Shown in pieces: positions 10,458 through 21,128 of a stretch of DNA of 64,000 bases. The position numbers and the translations under genes are program-made. Origin of the DNA: Candidatus Yanofskybacteria bacterium RIFCSPHIGHO2_01_FULL_41_21 (GTDB lineage Bacteria > Patescibacteriota > Minisyncoccia > 2-02-FULL-40-12 > GWA2-44-9); contig MGJA01000003.1 in NCBI GenBank assembly GCA_001794025.1, forward strand, positions 76,909-140,908, written 5' to 3'. The notes beneath the pieces are model-generated. The model made no database searches, had not been told where the DNA came from, and saw only the letters and a list, made by a program, of their open reading frames with translations. Every line of letters starts with the position of its first letter. Position 1 is the first letter of the stretch.

Positions 10458-11681
10458 GACCTTAACCTTTGGCACCGGAATGATAAATTTTCCACCCTGC
10501 TTTCTATAGACATCCTCTTTCTTTAAAATTGCGTCCGAATAGTTCCAGGCCAAAAGAACTGTGTAGTCAGGTCGATTTTCTTTAAAATGTTCAGGGGGAT
10601 GAACAGGAATATGTCCGCCGGGTGTGTAGAGTCCTTGTTTAAATATCGTCGTATCCACCAAATAATCTACGGTCTTGTGATTAATTTTGCAGAAATTAAG
10701 AAGGGTATTCCCTTTAGCTGGAGCACCGTATCCGGCAATAGTTTTGCCTTGGCGTTTCAAATTTAATAATAATGAACGAAGGTCTTCCTGATTCTTTTTG
10801 ACCCTTAAAGCAAAGTTCTTATAGGTTGAAAGTTTTTCTAAACCGAGTTTGTACTCTCTGTTTAGAAGTGTTTGGACCGATTGTTGGACTGTTCGTGATG
10901 CGGATATAAATACTCGTAGAGTTGCTCCATGCATACTTGTAATTTGGGCATCAAAAATATTTAGTCCAAATTGTTCTGCAAGATGTTGTAATGAACGAAG
11001 GGAGTAATAGCATAAATGTTCGTGATAAATTTGATCAAAACCACCCTCATAAATCAGATTTCCAACCCAGTGGACTTCCATCACAAATACACCATTCTTT
11101 CCTATAATATGCTTAGCGCCACGAAATACATCATGCATATCATCAATATGAGCAAAGACATTGCTACCCGTCAGTATCGTCGCTGTCCCACGTTCGGCGA
11201 CAATCTTTTTCGCTAGTTCTTCGGAAAAAAATTCGGTGATAGTCGGGATTCCTTTAATCTGGGAAATCTGGGCTATATTTTTAGCCGGTTCTATATTGAG
11301 CACCCGGCATTTATTCTGGATGATTGATAAAAGAGGTCCGTCATTGCCACCGACTTCAACTACTAAATCATTCTTTGACTTAATAAATCTCCGAATTAAT
11401 TCTTCTCCGTATTCTCTAAAATAATCCACCAACGGCTTAGAAGCCGAAGTCATGTAGACATAGTGCCGAAATAAATATTTTGAATCTACCCGATCGCGGA
11501 GTTGGACAAGGGTACAGGAAGGACAAAAATACAAACGTAATGGGAATACTGCTTCCTGTTTAGGTATCTCCTCTTTTCCTAAGAATGAATTTGCCGGTGG
11601 CATAATGCCCAAGTCCAAAATTTTTATCATTTTAGAACTTCCACAAATCCGACATTGATTTTTATGAGTATAGCGTTTCAT
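10452..11681 (-). CDS. NDP-hexose C-methyltransferase (TylCIII/NovU/TcaB9-like)
   Basis: CRICGS and CPSC zinc site, EVGGNDG, NVFAH, DQIYHEH, YGAPAKGNTLLN, LLAWNY, GGKFIIP. Start ATG 11681 overlaps the 114-bp repeat end. Confidence 0.88.
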   Translation of the reverse strand: MKRYTHKNQCRICGSSKMIKILDLGIMPPANSFLGKEEIPKQEAVFPLRLYFCPSCTLVQLRDRVDSKYLFRHYVYMTSASKPLVDYFREYGEELIRRFIKSKNDLVVEVGGNDGPLLSIIQNKCRVLNIEPAKNIAQISQIKGIPTITEFFSEELAKKIVAERGTATILTGSNVFAHIDDMHDVFRGAKHIIGKNGVFVMEVHWVGNLIYEGGFDQIYHEHLCYYSLRSLQHLAEQFGLNIFDAQITSMHGATLRVFISASRTVQQSVQTLLNREYKLGLEKLSTYKNFALRVKKNQEDLRSLLLNLKRQGKTIAGYGAPAKGNTLLNFCKINHKTVDYLVDTTIFKQGLYTPGGHIPVHPPEHFKENRPDYTVLLAWNYSDAILKKEDVYRKQGGKFIIPVPKVKVL

Positions 11682-11793
11682 CCCGTTAGAGATGTAACAG
11701 ACCGTCCACCGTCTTGAGGTGGTGGCTAGTTGCAATCATTTTTATATTATTGATTCTCATATTTATACCCGTAGGGTTCATCTCTAACGGGAT
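11680..11793 (-). mobile_element. 114-bp MITE-like element family A, copy 1
   Basis: Perfect 15-bp TIR atcccgttagagatg/catctctaacgggat; 6 substitutions versus copy 2 by manual alignment. Confidence 0.85.
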
Positions 11794-11796
11794 TCA

Positions 11797-12621
11797 TTAC
11801 CATTCAGTATCAAGGTATTCTTTCAATGCATCTTGCCAGGGTCTTAGAAGGGTAGGATGGGGTTCCAGACCTTCATGAAGGCGATCGGCCGAGAGGCCGA
11901 AAGTTGTTGCTGGAACTGGTTTTACAATAGATTTTGAACCAATGATTTTGACTATTTCGTTGACCTCTTGGAAACGGGAACATACACCGGTATTCACAAT
12001 ATGAAATATACCCGTCGTTTCATTTGATAATATTTCCCGAATACCCGCGACTAGGTCCTTGCCATATGTAGGCGACCCAAAATGATCTTCAGTCGCTTGT
12101 ATTTCTGGTGTTCCCTGGGCTACTTTTTCCATTATTTTGCCGACAAGCTTCTTATCTTTACCACGTCCGCCACCAAATATCCAGCAGGTCCTAACGATGG
12201 CATAATTTTCCAATATTCCTCTGATCGAAAGTTCGCCAAGATATTTGGAACGACCGTATACATTTTGAGGATTGGGAGTGTCGGAAATTTTATACGATTC
12301 AGATTGTAACCCATCAAAAACAGAATTCGTAGAAATATATATCAGTTTTGCTCCAATCTCACGGGCTGCTAAGGCAATGTAATAAGTCCCAATAAAGTTT
12401 ACCCGATAAGCATAGTCGGGGTTTTCTTCACATTGCTTCAAGTCAGTGGCACCGGCAAGATGGATAATGGTTCTAGGTTTATATTTAGTTATAGTTTCAA
12501 ATACAGCTTTTTCATCCGTAATATCAAGCTGGTCATGAGTAAGCCGGATTCCGAAATCAATATAAGAACCAATCATTCCACCGGCTCCGGTAATTAAAGT
12601 TTTAGAAAAATCATCTTTCAT
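11797..12621 (-). CDS. rmlD: dTDP-4-dehydrorhamnose reductase family
   Basis: ITGAGGMIG, YISTNSVFDG, YGRSK, GSPTY. Confidence 0.85.
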   Translation of the reverse strand: MKDDFSKTLITGAGGMIGSYIDFGIRLTHDQLDITDEKAVFETITKYKPRTIIHLAGATDLKQCEENPDYAYRVNFIGTYYIALAAREIGAKLIYISTNSVFDGLQSESYKISDTPNPQNVYGRSKYLGELSIRGILENYAIVRTCWIFGGGRGKDKKLVGKIMEKVAQGTPEIQATEDHFGSPTYGKDLVAGIREILSNETTGIFHIVNTGVCSRFQEVNEIVKIIGSKSIVKPVPATTFGLSADRLHEGLEPHPTLLRPWQDALKEYLDTEW

Positions 12622-13367
12622 TTTGCTGTTGGCTCATGAAAAATTACGTGAGGGAAACCAAGTTTTGCACCGATATAAAACAATAGTATTTTGAGTGTTC
12701 GGAGAGAGTAGAGAATACTGTTTTTTAAACTGGCGCCCCGTTTATCGCCGGTGTAACTTACCTCAACCAGTACTTGGCTGACTTTGATTTTATGAAAGGC
12801 AGCTTGAGCTAAGAGTTCAATACTGAAAGCATAGTCCTTGGAATTTGCCATGAAATTTACCCGTTCCAATAATTTTCTTGTATAGACACGAAAACCTTGA
12901 TGATAATCATCTATCGGCAATCTTAAGACCACTTTAGATATCCAACCGAGCATTACAAGAGGCAGTAGTTTCCAAGCATACATACCATTTTCTGTCGGCT
13001 TGTGTCCTTTAAAAAACCTGTTTCCCAACACAAACTCGGACCCGTTTTCTATTTCCCTAATTGCGGGCAATATAGCCGAAGGTTTATATTCACCATCAGG
13101 ATGGATATCAATAATAATATCGGCTCCTTTTTCCAGGGCGATAGAAAGGGCTCGTTTTAGATTTCCGCCATATCCAAGATTAGTAGGATTTTTGTATGAT
13201 TCAATTCCTAGTCCTTGCGCCAATTCAAAAGTATTATCTTTTGAGTCATCGTCAACCAGAATAATTTCATCAAAGAGTTCTTTCGGCAGAGAACGATAAA
13301 GATTTTCCAGTGATTTCGCACAGTTATAGGCAATTAAAACGACGATAATTTTGGGCTTTTGTTCCAT
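12618..13367 (-). CDS. GT2, polyprenol-phosphate glycosyltransferase (DPM1-like)
   Basis: AYN, VDDDSKD, NLGYGG, HPDGEY, GFRVY. Confidence 0.85.
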   Translation of the reverse strand: MEQKPKIIVVLIAYNCAKSLENLYRSLPKELFDEIILVDDDSKDNTFELAQGLGIESYKNPTNLGYGGNLKRALSIALEKGADIIIDIHPDGEYKPSAILPAIREIENGSEFVLGNRFFKGHKPTENGMYAWKLLPLVMLGWISKVVLRLPIDDYHQGFRVYTRKLLERVNFMANSKDYAFSIELLAQAAFHKIKVSQVLVEVSYTGDKRGASLKNSILYSLRTLKILLFYIGAKLGFPHVIFHEPTAK

Positions 13368-13426
13368 GTAGGTGTAGCTATATTATCGCAAAGTCCCCTT
13401 CTTTTCAATAGTAAATAGAATAACTT

Positions 13427-14827
13427 TTAAGGTTGTTTTTCAACCGATTTGAGCTGATAGATCCTGTAACTACCGATTTGATTGAGAGGTTGATAGTAGG
13501 TATCAAGTATATTTTGATGGGGCACAACCATAGCGTTATCAGCGCTCTTGAAAACAATAAGTTGAGTCCTGAATGGATCCTTGATGAGGAGAGGATTAAA
13601 ACCAAGTTCGGGTACACCGACATATTTGACTATCTGATACCTTTGTTCGGTTGGTATCAATGAAGATACTTCAAGCGCGTTAATTATTCCGACTGACTGT
13701 TTGAGATTAGTAATGTAAGAAGCGGTATCTTGAGGGGAAGTATCTCTAACGTCACCACGAAATAGGAAAAGTTGTCCGATGTTAAGTAGAATCAAAAATA
13801 TCGTGATATATAAGCCGAGACGTTTCTTCCCTATAGATAAAATCGGATATAGGAATATTAAGGTTAATAACTCCAGAGGGAGCAGATAACGAAACCAGCC
13901 CGGACTACGCAGAAAATATATAATTAAAAAAGTAATATATATAAATGTAAAGAAATAAAGTTTCCTAAACTTTATTTCGGTTAACTGGTAGTTTTTAAAA
14001 ATAAATGATGTGATAACAATAAGTAGGAGGCCAAAATAAATAATAGTGCTGTGATTCCAATAAGTTTGAATATTGGAGATGACATTATTAAACAGGGAGG
14101 GCGAGTCAAACGGATTACGATAAAGATTGATTATTTCAATCCAATTTTTTGATGAGAAAATATTAGGCACAATAAGAATAAAGAATAGCGCAATAGGGCC
14201 GATACAACCGATAATAAAATCTTTAAGTTTCTGGAGTTTATTTTCTTCAAAAAAATAAAGATAAATTAGGAATGATGGTAATAGCAGAATATACATTGAT
14301 GGTTTACTGATTGCCGACAAACCAAAGAGAAGGCCGGTGAGTTTAAAATTTTGTTTTTGGATGAGTTGGTAGAGACCCCAAATAAGAAACACAAAACCCG
14401 GTATCTCACCCATAATCTGCATGCCGTTGCCATAAAAAGGAGCAAAGCTGGCCACGAGGGCTGTAGCGTACAAGCCGGCCGGTTGGCCCCAAAAGACCCT
14501 AACTACATAGAAAATGCTCCAGAGAGCAATTAAAAGCCATGCCAGCATCATCAGGCGACCGGAGACCAGATTGACATGACTAAGTTTGAAGATAAGGGCT
14601 AAGGGCAAAGATACGGTATAACCGGTAGCGTTAAAGAGATGTGAGTATCCACTGAAAATATTTGGGCTGACCATAATATCAAGCTTGCCATCTGTCGCAA
14701 AATTGCGGGCGGTTTCAACGATACCTGCTTCATCAAAGAAATAACGGGGTTGAGAAGTGAGTGTACGAAGCGAAACAAAAACCACAAAACTCATAATAAT
14801 TCCAAGGATGACATATGTGTATTTCAT
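13427..14827 (-). CDS. GT-C glycosyltransferase (ArnT/PMT-like)
   Basis: FDEA after TM1, about 11 TMs, SKP and FRYLLP motifs. Confidence 0.75.
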   Translation of the reverse strand: MKYTYVILGIIMSFVVFVSLRTLTSQPRYFFDEAGIVETARNFATDGKLDIMVSPNIFSGYSHLFNATGYTVSLPLALIFKLSHVNLVSGRLMMLAWLLIALWSIFYVVRVFWGQPAGLYATALVASFAPFYGNGMQIMGEIPGFVFLIWGLYQLIQKQNFKLTGLLFGLSAISKPSMYILLLPSFLIYLYFFEENKLQKLKDFIIGCIGPIALFFILIVPNIFSSKNWIEIINLYRNPFDSPSLFNNVISNIQTYWNHSTIIYFGLLLIVITSFIFKNYQLTEIKFRKLYFFTFIYITFLIIYFLRSPGWFRYLLPLELLTLIFLYPILSIGKKRLGLYITIFLILLNIGQLFLFRGDVRDTSPQDTASYITNLKQSVGIINALEVSSLIPTEQRYQIVKYVGVPELGFNPLLIKDPFRTQLIVFKSADNAMVVPHQNILDTYYQPLNQIGSYRIYQLKSVEKQP

Positions 14828-14921
14828 GGTTCTAATATAACAAAAGCTTGCCCGGTAGTGAAGTTTCTATAGTCGCATACACACGACTTTACCGTAGCTG
14901 GAGACCCTACTAAATTAGTGG

Positions 14922-16940
14922 TTATTGGAATTTAGAGTTGCTTATGGTATGTGGATTCATAATATATCGCATGATATATGGAGCAATGAATTTACTACCG
15001 TAAGGGCTTAGGTGATGTTTGTCGGAATAAAGAAGTACACCCCTATAAAGAATCGGGCATTGTTTATCTGTACACAAGAAAAGAAATGGATCAATGACAA
15101 TAAGATCACGTATCCCGTTGAATATTTTAATGTAGTCAGTCCTATCCCGTAAGACACTTTCTTTGTCTACAGCACATTCCATTTCCGTTAAAGTCCGGCC
15201 ATCAGAAAAAATTAGACAATCGCGGGGACTCATACTACCAGTTCCAGGATTCTCTGGTACATAAAAAACTTTCTTACCATTCCCATTGAGTAGGGAAACT
15301 GTGTCTGTCAGGCCATGAGAAAAAGTTTGTATTGGATTCTCTGATACAAAATCGGTATTTAAGGTAACTGCCTCTTCGCCTGTCAGGTACGTCAAGCCCC
15401 GCGTAGCAATAATCACAATCTCAATATCATTACTTTTCGTTAAAAATTCGAATATCTTTTCCGTCTTTTCCTTACATAATTTGCGATCATTAATATCTGC
15501 CCCCGCAATTACATTGTAAAAAGTCGGACATCCGCTAGTAGCAAGGAGTAACAGATTTTTTTTATATTTTTTAAGTTCATCTGCCAGTCCTTCAAATAAT
15601 GTCCCTGCGTGGGAATCTCCGATTAAAGCTACGGTGCCATTGCCATTAAGATTATTAAACCTACAGTAGTCAAAATCAGATTTACCAACACTGGTAAAAG
15701 TTAACTTTTGGCAAGCAGAATCTGTATGCACTTCCATTCCTTGGAGTTGTTTATAGTTTTCATCAAAGTTAGCGCCAAAAGTTTCATAGCGACCAGCAAA
15801 TCCAAACTTTCCTACCACCGTTGCCCCTAACATCCAGATTAAGAACATCAGGACAAGCAGAAACTTTGCCTTTGCTGGTTTATTTGACCCGAAACGAATC
15901 GGTTGTTCAATATACTTATATGTTCCCCAGGCAAGCACAAAGCTTAAACAGACCATCAATGCTATCACGTCGCTTCTTAAGGAAAACCCCCCTATTCTTG
16001 TAAACGACAGCAATGGCCAATGCCACAAATATAACGGATAGCTGATAAGCCCGACAAAAACGAGTATCCGATTAGAAAAAACTTTTCGGTTTAGCCATGC
16101 CTGCGGCCCAGTATATATAAGAAGTAATGTCCCCAAGGTCGGAAGTAATGCCCACCATCCCGGGAATTGTCTGGCTTCATTAATTAACAAAATCCCAGCA
16201 ATAACTAGTGCCAAACCAAGCCAAGCTAATATTTCCAACACTTTTTTTGAACTTAAAATTAAAGAAGAATAAAAAATAGAAATATAAGCCAGAAAAATTC
16301 CGAGAATTAATTCCCAAAAGCGTGTAAACGGAAAATAAAAAGCCGCGTCGGGTTGTAAATTTGTAAACCTAATATTAAACCAGAAAGAAATAAGAAAAAG
16401 TCCGGTAATAGCAACTAAGGGTTTGCGGATAAATTTCCAGGACAATAATAAAATCGCGGGAATAAACAGATAAAACTGCTCTTCAATACCGAGTGACCAC
16501 ATGTGCAGGAGGGGCTTATAATCTTTGGCCACATCAAAATATCCGGTCTCTAGATAGAGGACTATATTTGACAAAAATCCAGTTCCCCACATAACATGCT
16601 TACCAAGCGACATAAACTCATTTGGTAAAAGAATAAACCAACCCGTAACTAAAACAAAAATAAATACTACAATTATAGAAGGGAAGATACGGTTAATTCT
16701 ACGCGTATAAAAATCACGAAAGCTAAAAGTATTATTTTGCAACCCCTTAAATATAATTGTTGAGATAAGAAACCCCGATATGACAAAAAAAATGTCTACA
16801 CCTATAAACCCCCCTGGAATATTTACCAATGGGAAAGAGTGGAAAGCAAGTACTAAGAGAATAGCTATCCCGCGAAGTCCATCAATATCTGCTCGGTATT
16901 TTAAACGACTATCTAAATTATCTTTTGAGTTTGACAACAT
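14922..16940 (-). CDS. O-acyltransferase (OafA/OatA-like: AT3 membrane domain plus SGNH domain)
   Basis: YRADIDGLRGIA, GVDIFFVISGFLI, HMWSLGIEEQFY, GDSHA, DKHHLS; start probably ATG 16940. Confidence 0.9.
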   Translation of the reverse strand: MLSNSKDNLDSRLKYRADIDGLRGIAILLVLAFHSFPLVNIPGGFIGVDIFFVISGFLISTIIFKGLQNNTFSFRDFYTRRINRIFPSIIVVFIFVLVTGWFILLPNEFMSLGKHVMWGTGFLSNIVLYLETGYFDVAKDYKPLLHMWSLGIEEQFYLFIPAILLLSWKFIRKPLVAITGLFLISFWFNIRFTNLQPDAAFYFPFTRFWELILGIFLAYISIFYSSLILSSKKVLEILAWLGLALVIAGILLINEARQFPGWWALLPTLGTLLLIYTGPQAWLNRKVFSNRILVFVGLISYPLYLWHWPLLSFTRIGGFSLRSDVIALMVCLSFVLAWGTYKYIEQPIRFGSNKPAKAKFLLVLMFLIWMLGATVVGKFGFAGRYETFGANFDENYKQLQGMEVHTDSACQKLTFTSVGKSDFDYCRFNNLNGNGTVALIGDSHAGTLFEGLADELKKYKKNLLLLATSGCPTFYNVIAGADINDRKLCKEKTEKIFEFLTKSNDIEIVIIATRGLTYLTGEEAVTLNTDFVSENPIQTFSHGLTDTVSLLNGNGKKVFYVPENPGTGSMSPRDCLIFSDGRTLTEMECAVDKESVLRDRTDYIKIFNGIRDLIVIDPFLFLCTDKQCPILYRGVLLYSDKHHLSPYGSKFIAPYIMRYIMNPHTISNSKFQ

Positions 16941-17097
16941 ATAAAAATCATACCATGCCTTATAATAGCCAACAATCTTTGATTCAGATGGAGTTTTACA
17001 GCTAACTGCCAATAACATCAAACTATGTCAACCTCAAAATTAGCTATCGGGCTTGTAAAAATAGATAATTAATCATATCATACAATAAATTTATACC

Positions 17098-18147
17098 ATG
17101 TCCAGAAATATCCTTATAATCACCCAGAAGGTTGATGAACAAGATGATCTTCTTGGCTTTTTTGTTGATTGGATAGGGGAATTTGCGAAACATTTTGATA
17201 GGGTATTTGTAATAACCCTTGCCGAGGGTAAGTATGATTTACCCAATAATGTCTCCGTGTATTCTTTGGGTAAAGAGAGGAATAATTCAAAAATAGCCCG
17301 TTTTTTTAATTTTTATAAATATCTATTTAAACTGGTTCCGCAATCAAGCAGTATTTTTGCTCATATGTCTCCTGTATTTGTGATTGCTTCCTGGCCGGTT
17401 ACTTTTATTTATAGAAGAAAAATAATTTTATGGTATCTTCATCGTTCAGTTACTTTTCGTCTAAAAGTAGCCGAGAAACTGTGTTATAAAATCGTAACCG
17501 CCTCTAAAGAAAGTTTGAAATTCACCAGCGATAAAATAATAGAAACAGGACACGGCATTAATATAAATAAATTTAGGACTGACAGAAATTGGGGTAATGG
17601 TCAGCTAAAAATATTAAGTGTAGGGAGAATATCAAAAATAAAAAATTACGAAACCCTAATTGAATCGGCTAGAATTCTAAAAGACAAAAACATAGATTTC
17701 GGTCTTAAAATTATTGGTCAGCCGGTAATGGCTCCTGACTTTGAATATTTTGAACATTTGAAATTATTGAAGGAAAAACTTAATTTGAATGATTCTGTTC
17801 AGTTTGTGGGATTTATGCCTCATAATAAAATTCCCGACTATTATAAAGAATCCGATGTCGTTGTCGGCCTAACTCCGAAAGGGGGAATAGATAAAGCAAT
17901 TCTTGAGGGTATGGCTTCGGGGTGTATTACTATTACCTCCAACAATGCCTGTAAAAAATATTTTGGGGAATATTCGGATAAACTAATATTTGAATATAAT
18001 AATCCTGAAAATTTAGCCGAAAAAATTAAAAACCTTACTCTCCTTTCAATAAAAGAAAAAGAGGAAGTATCTAACTTCCTCTTTTTCTCAGTCACTAATC
18101 ACCATGACCTGGCAGGACTTATCAGTAAGATATCAGGTATTTTTTAG
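17098..18147 (+). CDS. Glycosyltransferase family 4
   Basis: SVGRISKIK, GIDKAILEGMASG. Confidence 0.85.
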   Translation: MSRNILIITQKVDEQDDLLGFFVDWIGEFAKHFDRVFVITLAEGKYDLPNNVSVYSLGKERNNSKIARFFNFYKYLFKLVPQSSSIFAHMSPVFVIASWPVTFIYRRKIILWYLHRSVTFRLKVAEKLCYKIVTASKESLKFTSDKIIETGHGININKFRTDRNWGNGQLKILSVGRISKIKNYETLIESARILKDKNIDFGLKIIGQPVMAPDFEYFEHLKLLKEKLNLNDSVQFVGFMPHNKIPDYYKESDVVVGLTPKGGIDKAILEGMASGCITITSNNACKKYFGEYSDKLIFEYNNPENLAEKIKNLTLLSIKEKEEVSNFLFFSVTNHHDLAGLISKISGIF

Positions 18148-19157
18148 AAAGGGTTTAAGAAGTCAATCTTTCCTTTGGCGAAATTTATATATTCTTTCAA
18201 AATATCATCTAAGGAAAATCTTGGTTTCCATTTAAGATCGTGAATTACACGGCTTGGGTCGGCTACCTTATTCCAGGCCTCTTCATAAAGCGGTCCATAA
18301 ATTTTCTTGGGGTCCACGTGCTTAATTTTGCTTTTTGAACCGGATAATCGAACAATGCGTTCGGCCAGTTTTTGTATGGAACACAAATTTCCAGGATTGC
18401 CGATGTTGTATATTTTACCAGTGTAATTGGTCTCCATTAGGTCAACCATGGGCTGAACTATATCTGTAACGTGGGTAAAGGTTCTTTTTTGTTTTCCGTC
18501 TCCAAATATAGTTAAGGGCTTATTTGCTAATGCAGCTTCAACAAATCTCGGGACTACAAATCCTGCTTCTCCGTTTTGATATGGACCGATAATATTAAAA
18601 GGTCTTATCAAATTAAGTTTGAGAGGTCTAACTTTGGAAAGATTTAGCAAAACAATCTCAGACAATAATTTAGATACTCCATATTCAAGACGAATAGTAA
18701 TATTGGCCGGCACAATTTTAGGGATGTCTTCCTGCTGGGGCTTACCTCCCTCAGGGTGGCTTCCATATACTTCTGATGTAGACATGGACAAAAGTTTGGC
18801 GTTATTTTTGAGCGCCAGGTGGGCCATAATTAGAGAATCGTCGACTATCATTGCCCCCATTCTCCCGGCATACTTAAGGACACCGGCAGGACCAACCGGA
18901 CTTGCCAGATGAAAAATCAAGTCGTAAGTTCTATTTTTGGGGGACTTGAATGTTTCTACCGACGTTTCATAAAAAACAATACCATGTCGCTTAAAAAATA
19001 TTTTTCTTTCTTTACGGAAAGAAGAATTAGATAAATTATCTACAACATCAATTTGTGGATTTTTATATCGACGAACTAACTCATTTATAAGGTGGGTTCC
19101 AATAAAACCAATTCCGCCGGTGACAAGAATTTTTAATGGTTTGCTCGTTTTTTTCAT
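18144..19157 (-). CDS. NAD-dependent nucleotide-sugar epimerase/dehydratase (UDP-glucuronate decarboxylase-like)
   Basis: VTGGIGFIG, HLASPVG, STSEVYG, YGVSK, RPFNIIGP. Confidence 0.85.
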   Translation of the reverse strand: MKKTSKPLKILVTGGIGFIGTHLINELVRRYKNPQIDVVDNLSNSSFRKERKIFFKRHGIVFYETSVETFKSPKNRTYDLIFHLASPVGPAGVLKYAGRMGAMIVDDSLIMAHLALKNNAKLLSMSTSEVYGSHPEGGKPQQEDIPKIVPANITIRLEYGVSKLLSEIVLLNLSKVRPLKLNLIRPFNIIGPYQNGEAGFVVPRFVEAALANKPLTIFGDGKQKRTFTHVTDIVQPMVDLMETNYTGKIYNIGNPGNLCSIQKLAERIVRLSGSKSKIKHVDPKKIYGPLYEEAWNKVADPSRVIHDLKWKPRFSLDDILKEYINFAKGKIDFLNPF

Positions 19158-19225
19158 ATTGATTCTTATTGTATTTTAAGATATTATGCCATGTAAGGTA
19201 CTATAAATCAAAATGAGAGTCAATA

Positions 19226-20317
19226 ATGAGAATTTTATATTTTGGCACATACAATCCGACCTATGTCCGAAATAGCGTCTTAATGGATGGTCTAAGGGCA
19301 AATGGCATGAAAATTATAGAATGCCATGACGATTCTCCCGGGTTGAAGAAGTTTGTAAAGTTATTTTTTAAACATTGGAAATTGCGCAACCAATACGACG
19401 TGATGGTCGTAGGTTTTTTGGGTCAGGTCATTATGCCATTGGCAAAAATAATAAATTTTCCTCTAGTTTCATTCAGGCCAACTAAGCCGATTGTTTTTGA
19501 TGCTTTTATGTCCTTGTATGATTCAAATGTATTTGGAAGAGAAAAAATAAAACCCAAAAGCATCAAGGCCTATTATTATTGGCTTTTAGATTGGTTTTCT
19601 ATGAGTTTGGGAGATTTAGTTCTGTTTGATACTCAACAGCATATTAATTACGCATCAAATGAGTTTGGAATAAAAAAAAGAAAACTTGCAAAAATATTTA
19701 TAGGAGCCAAGGAAGATATATTTTACCCTCGTCCATTCGAAAAAAATAAAGATAAGTTCAAGGTATTATTTCATGGTACATTTATAAAATCTCAAGGTAT
19801 AGAGTTTATATTACAGGCGGCAAAACTACTGGAAGGATACAGTGATATAAGTTTTACGTTTGTAGGAGACGGGCAGGTGAGGATAAAAATGGAAAAATTA
19901 GCGTATGATTTAAAATTAGGTAATGTAACTTTTACGGGTCTCATGCCCATATCGGAAATTCCCAATTATATTGCGGGGGCAGATGTTTGTCTCGGTCTTT
20001 TTGGGAAAGCGGAAAAAATTCAAAGGGTTATTGCCACAAAAGTATTTGAATGCGTTGCTATGGGTAAAACGGTACTCACGGCCGATACTCCGGCTATTAG
20101 AGAATTATTTGATGATAAAGATCTGATGTTGGTTGATATAGCTGATGCTCAGGGGATAGCTGACGGTATCTTAAAATTAAGATCCGATCAGGATTTATCC
20201 GGAGAATTAGCCAAAAACGGATATAAAAAATTTGTGGAGCATGCCTCCACCAACATATTGGGGAAAGAATTTGCAGATTTAATATTGGGTCTTGAAAAAA
20301 GAACAAAAAGTGTGTAG
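19226..20317 (+). CDS. Glycosyltransferase family 4
   Basis: FHGTFIKSQG, TKVFECVAMGK. Confidence 0.85.
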   Translation: MRILYFGTYNPTYVRNSVLMDGLRANGMKIIECHDDSPGLKKFVKLFFKHWKLRNQYDVMVVGFLGQVIMPLAKIINFPLVSFRPTKPIVFDAFMSLYDSNVFGREKIKPKSIKAYYYWLLDWFSMSLGDLVLFDTQQHINYASNEFGIKKRKLAKIFIGAKEDIFYPRPFEKNKDKFKVLFHGTFIKSQGIEFILQAAKLLEGYSDISFTFVGDGQVRIKMEKLAYDLKLGNVTFTGLMPISEIPNYIAGADVCLGLFGKAEKIQRVIATKVFECVAMGKTVLTADTPAIRELFDDKDLMLVDIADAQGIADGILKLRSDQDLSGELAKNGYKKFVEHASTNILGKEFADLILGLEKRTKSV

Positions 20318-20342
20318 TGTTTCAATTTAACTGAATATAAAT

Positions 20343-21119
20343 ATGGTAAATATAACCAATTTTGTTAAGGCCCCGAAAAATATTAAAGAGTTACATTATT
20401 TGAAAAGAAAATATTATCACCTAGTTATAAGAGTAATAAATCTCTATAATCATTTGGTAAGAATCTCTAACCCTCAAAAAATAAATTCATCAGGGCTAAA
20501 AGAATTAGACGAAATAAGACGACGTTCTTTTAAAAGGACCGATATCAGTGATCACCTGGTGAGTTTATTTGAAGAATCATTAGATATAAAACCAAAATTA
20601 ATAGTGGAGCTTGGCGTGGGACCCGGAGAGAGTAGTTTTGTTTTGGAAAGCGTATCTAGGATATATGAAGCCAATTTGGTAAGCGTTGATAAAAACTCAA
20701 AAACAGTGGGGACGAATTCCTCTCATCGTTTTTTTATAAATATGGACGACATTGAATTTGCGAAAAATTTTAAAAATTGGTGCCATGATAGGAATATCGA
20801 TCCTTTAATAGACGTTCTTTTTATTGATACCAGTCATAAATATTTACACACTAAAGATGAGATAGAACACTGGTTTAATTTTTTATCCGCGCGAGCTAAG
20901 GTTTTTTTCCACGATACTAATGTGAGAGCTATTTATTGGCGCGAAGATGGGAGTGTGGGAGTAACTTATGCCCACGAACCTAGAGGCGTGATGAGGGCGA
21001 TTGAAGAATTCCTAGACGCATCATTTAATGAAAAAGAAAAATTCCTTGATATTAGAAACGGTTGGAAAATAAAGCATAATCCTTTGTGTAACGGGTTTAC
21101 CATACTTAATAAAATATAA
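20343..21119 (+). CDS. Class I SAM-dependent methyltransferase (Methyltransf_24-like)
   Basis: VELGVGPGESS, LFIDTSH, FHDT. Confidence 0.8.
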   Translation: MVNITNFVKAPKNIKELHYLKRKYYHLVIRVINLYNHLVRISNPQKINSSGLKELDEIRRRSFKRTDISDHLVSLFEESLDIKPKLIVELGVGPGESSFVLESVSRIYEANLVSVDKNSKTVGTNSSHRFFINMDDIEFAKNFKNWCHDRNIDPLIDVLFIDTSHKYLHTKDEIEHWFNFLSARAKVFFHDTNVRAIYWREDGSVGVTYAHEPRGVMRAIEEFLDASFNEKEKFLDIRNGWKIKHNPLCNGFTILNKI

Positions 21120-21128
21120 ATTTAAATC

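Noticed and set aside
11682-11735. Shared N-terminal peptide MQLATxSRRW...ISNGM on unrelated ORFs (10452..11735, 26289..27368; shorter form on 32846..33604)
   Set aside because: It is a translation of the 114-bp repeat. In copies 2, 4 and 5 the same frame reads TTG-TAA, so it is not a conserved leader peptide.
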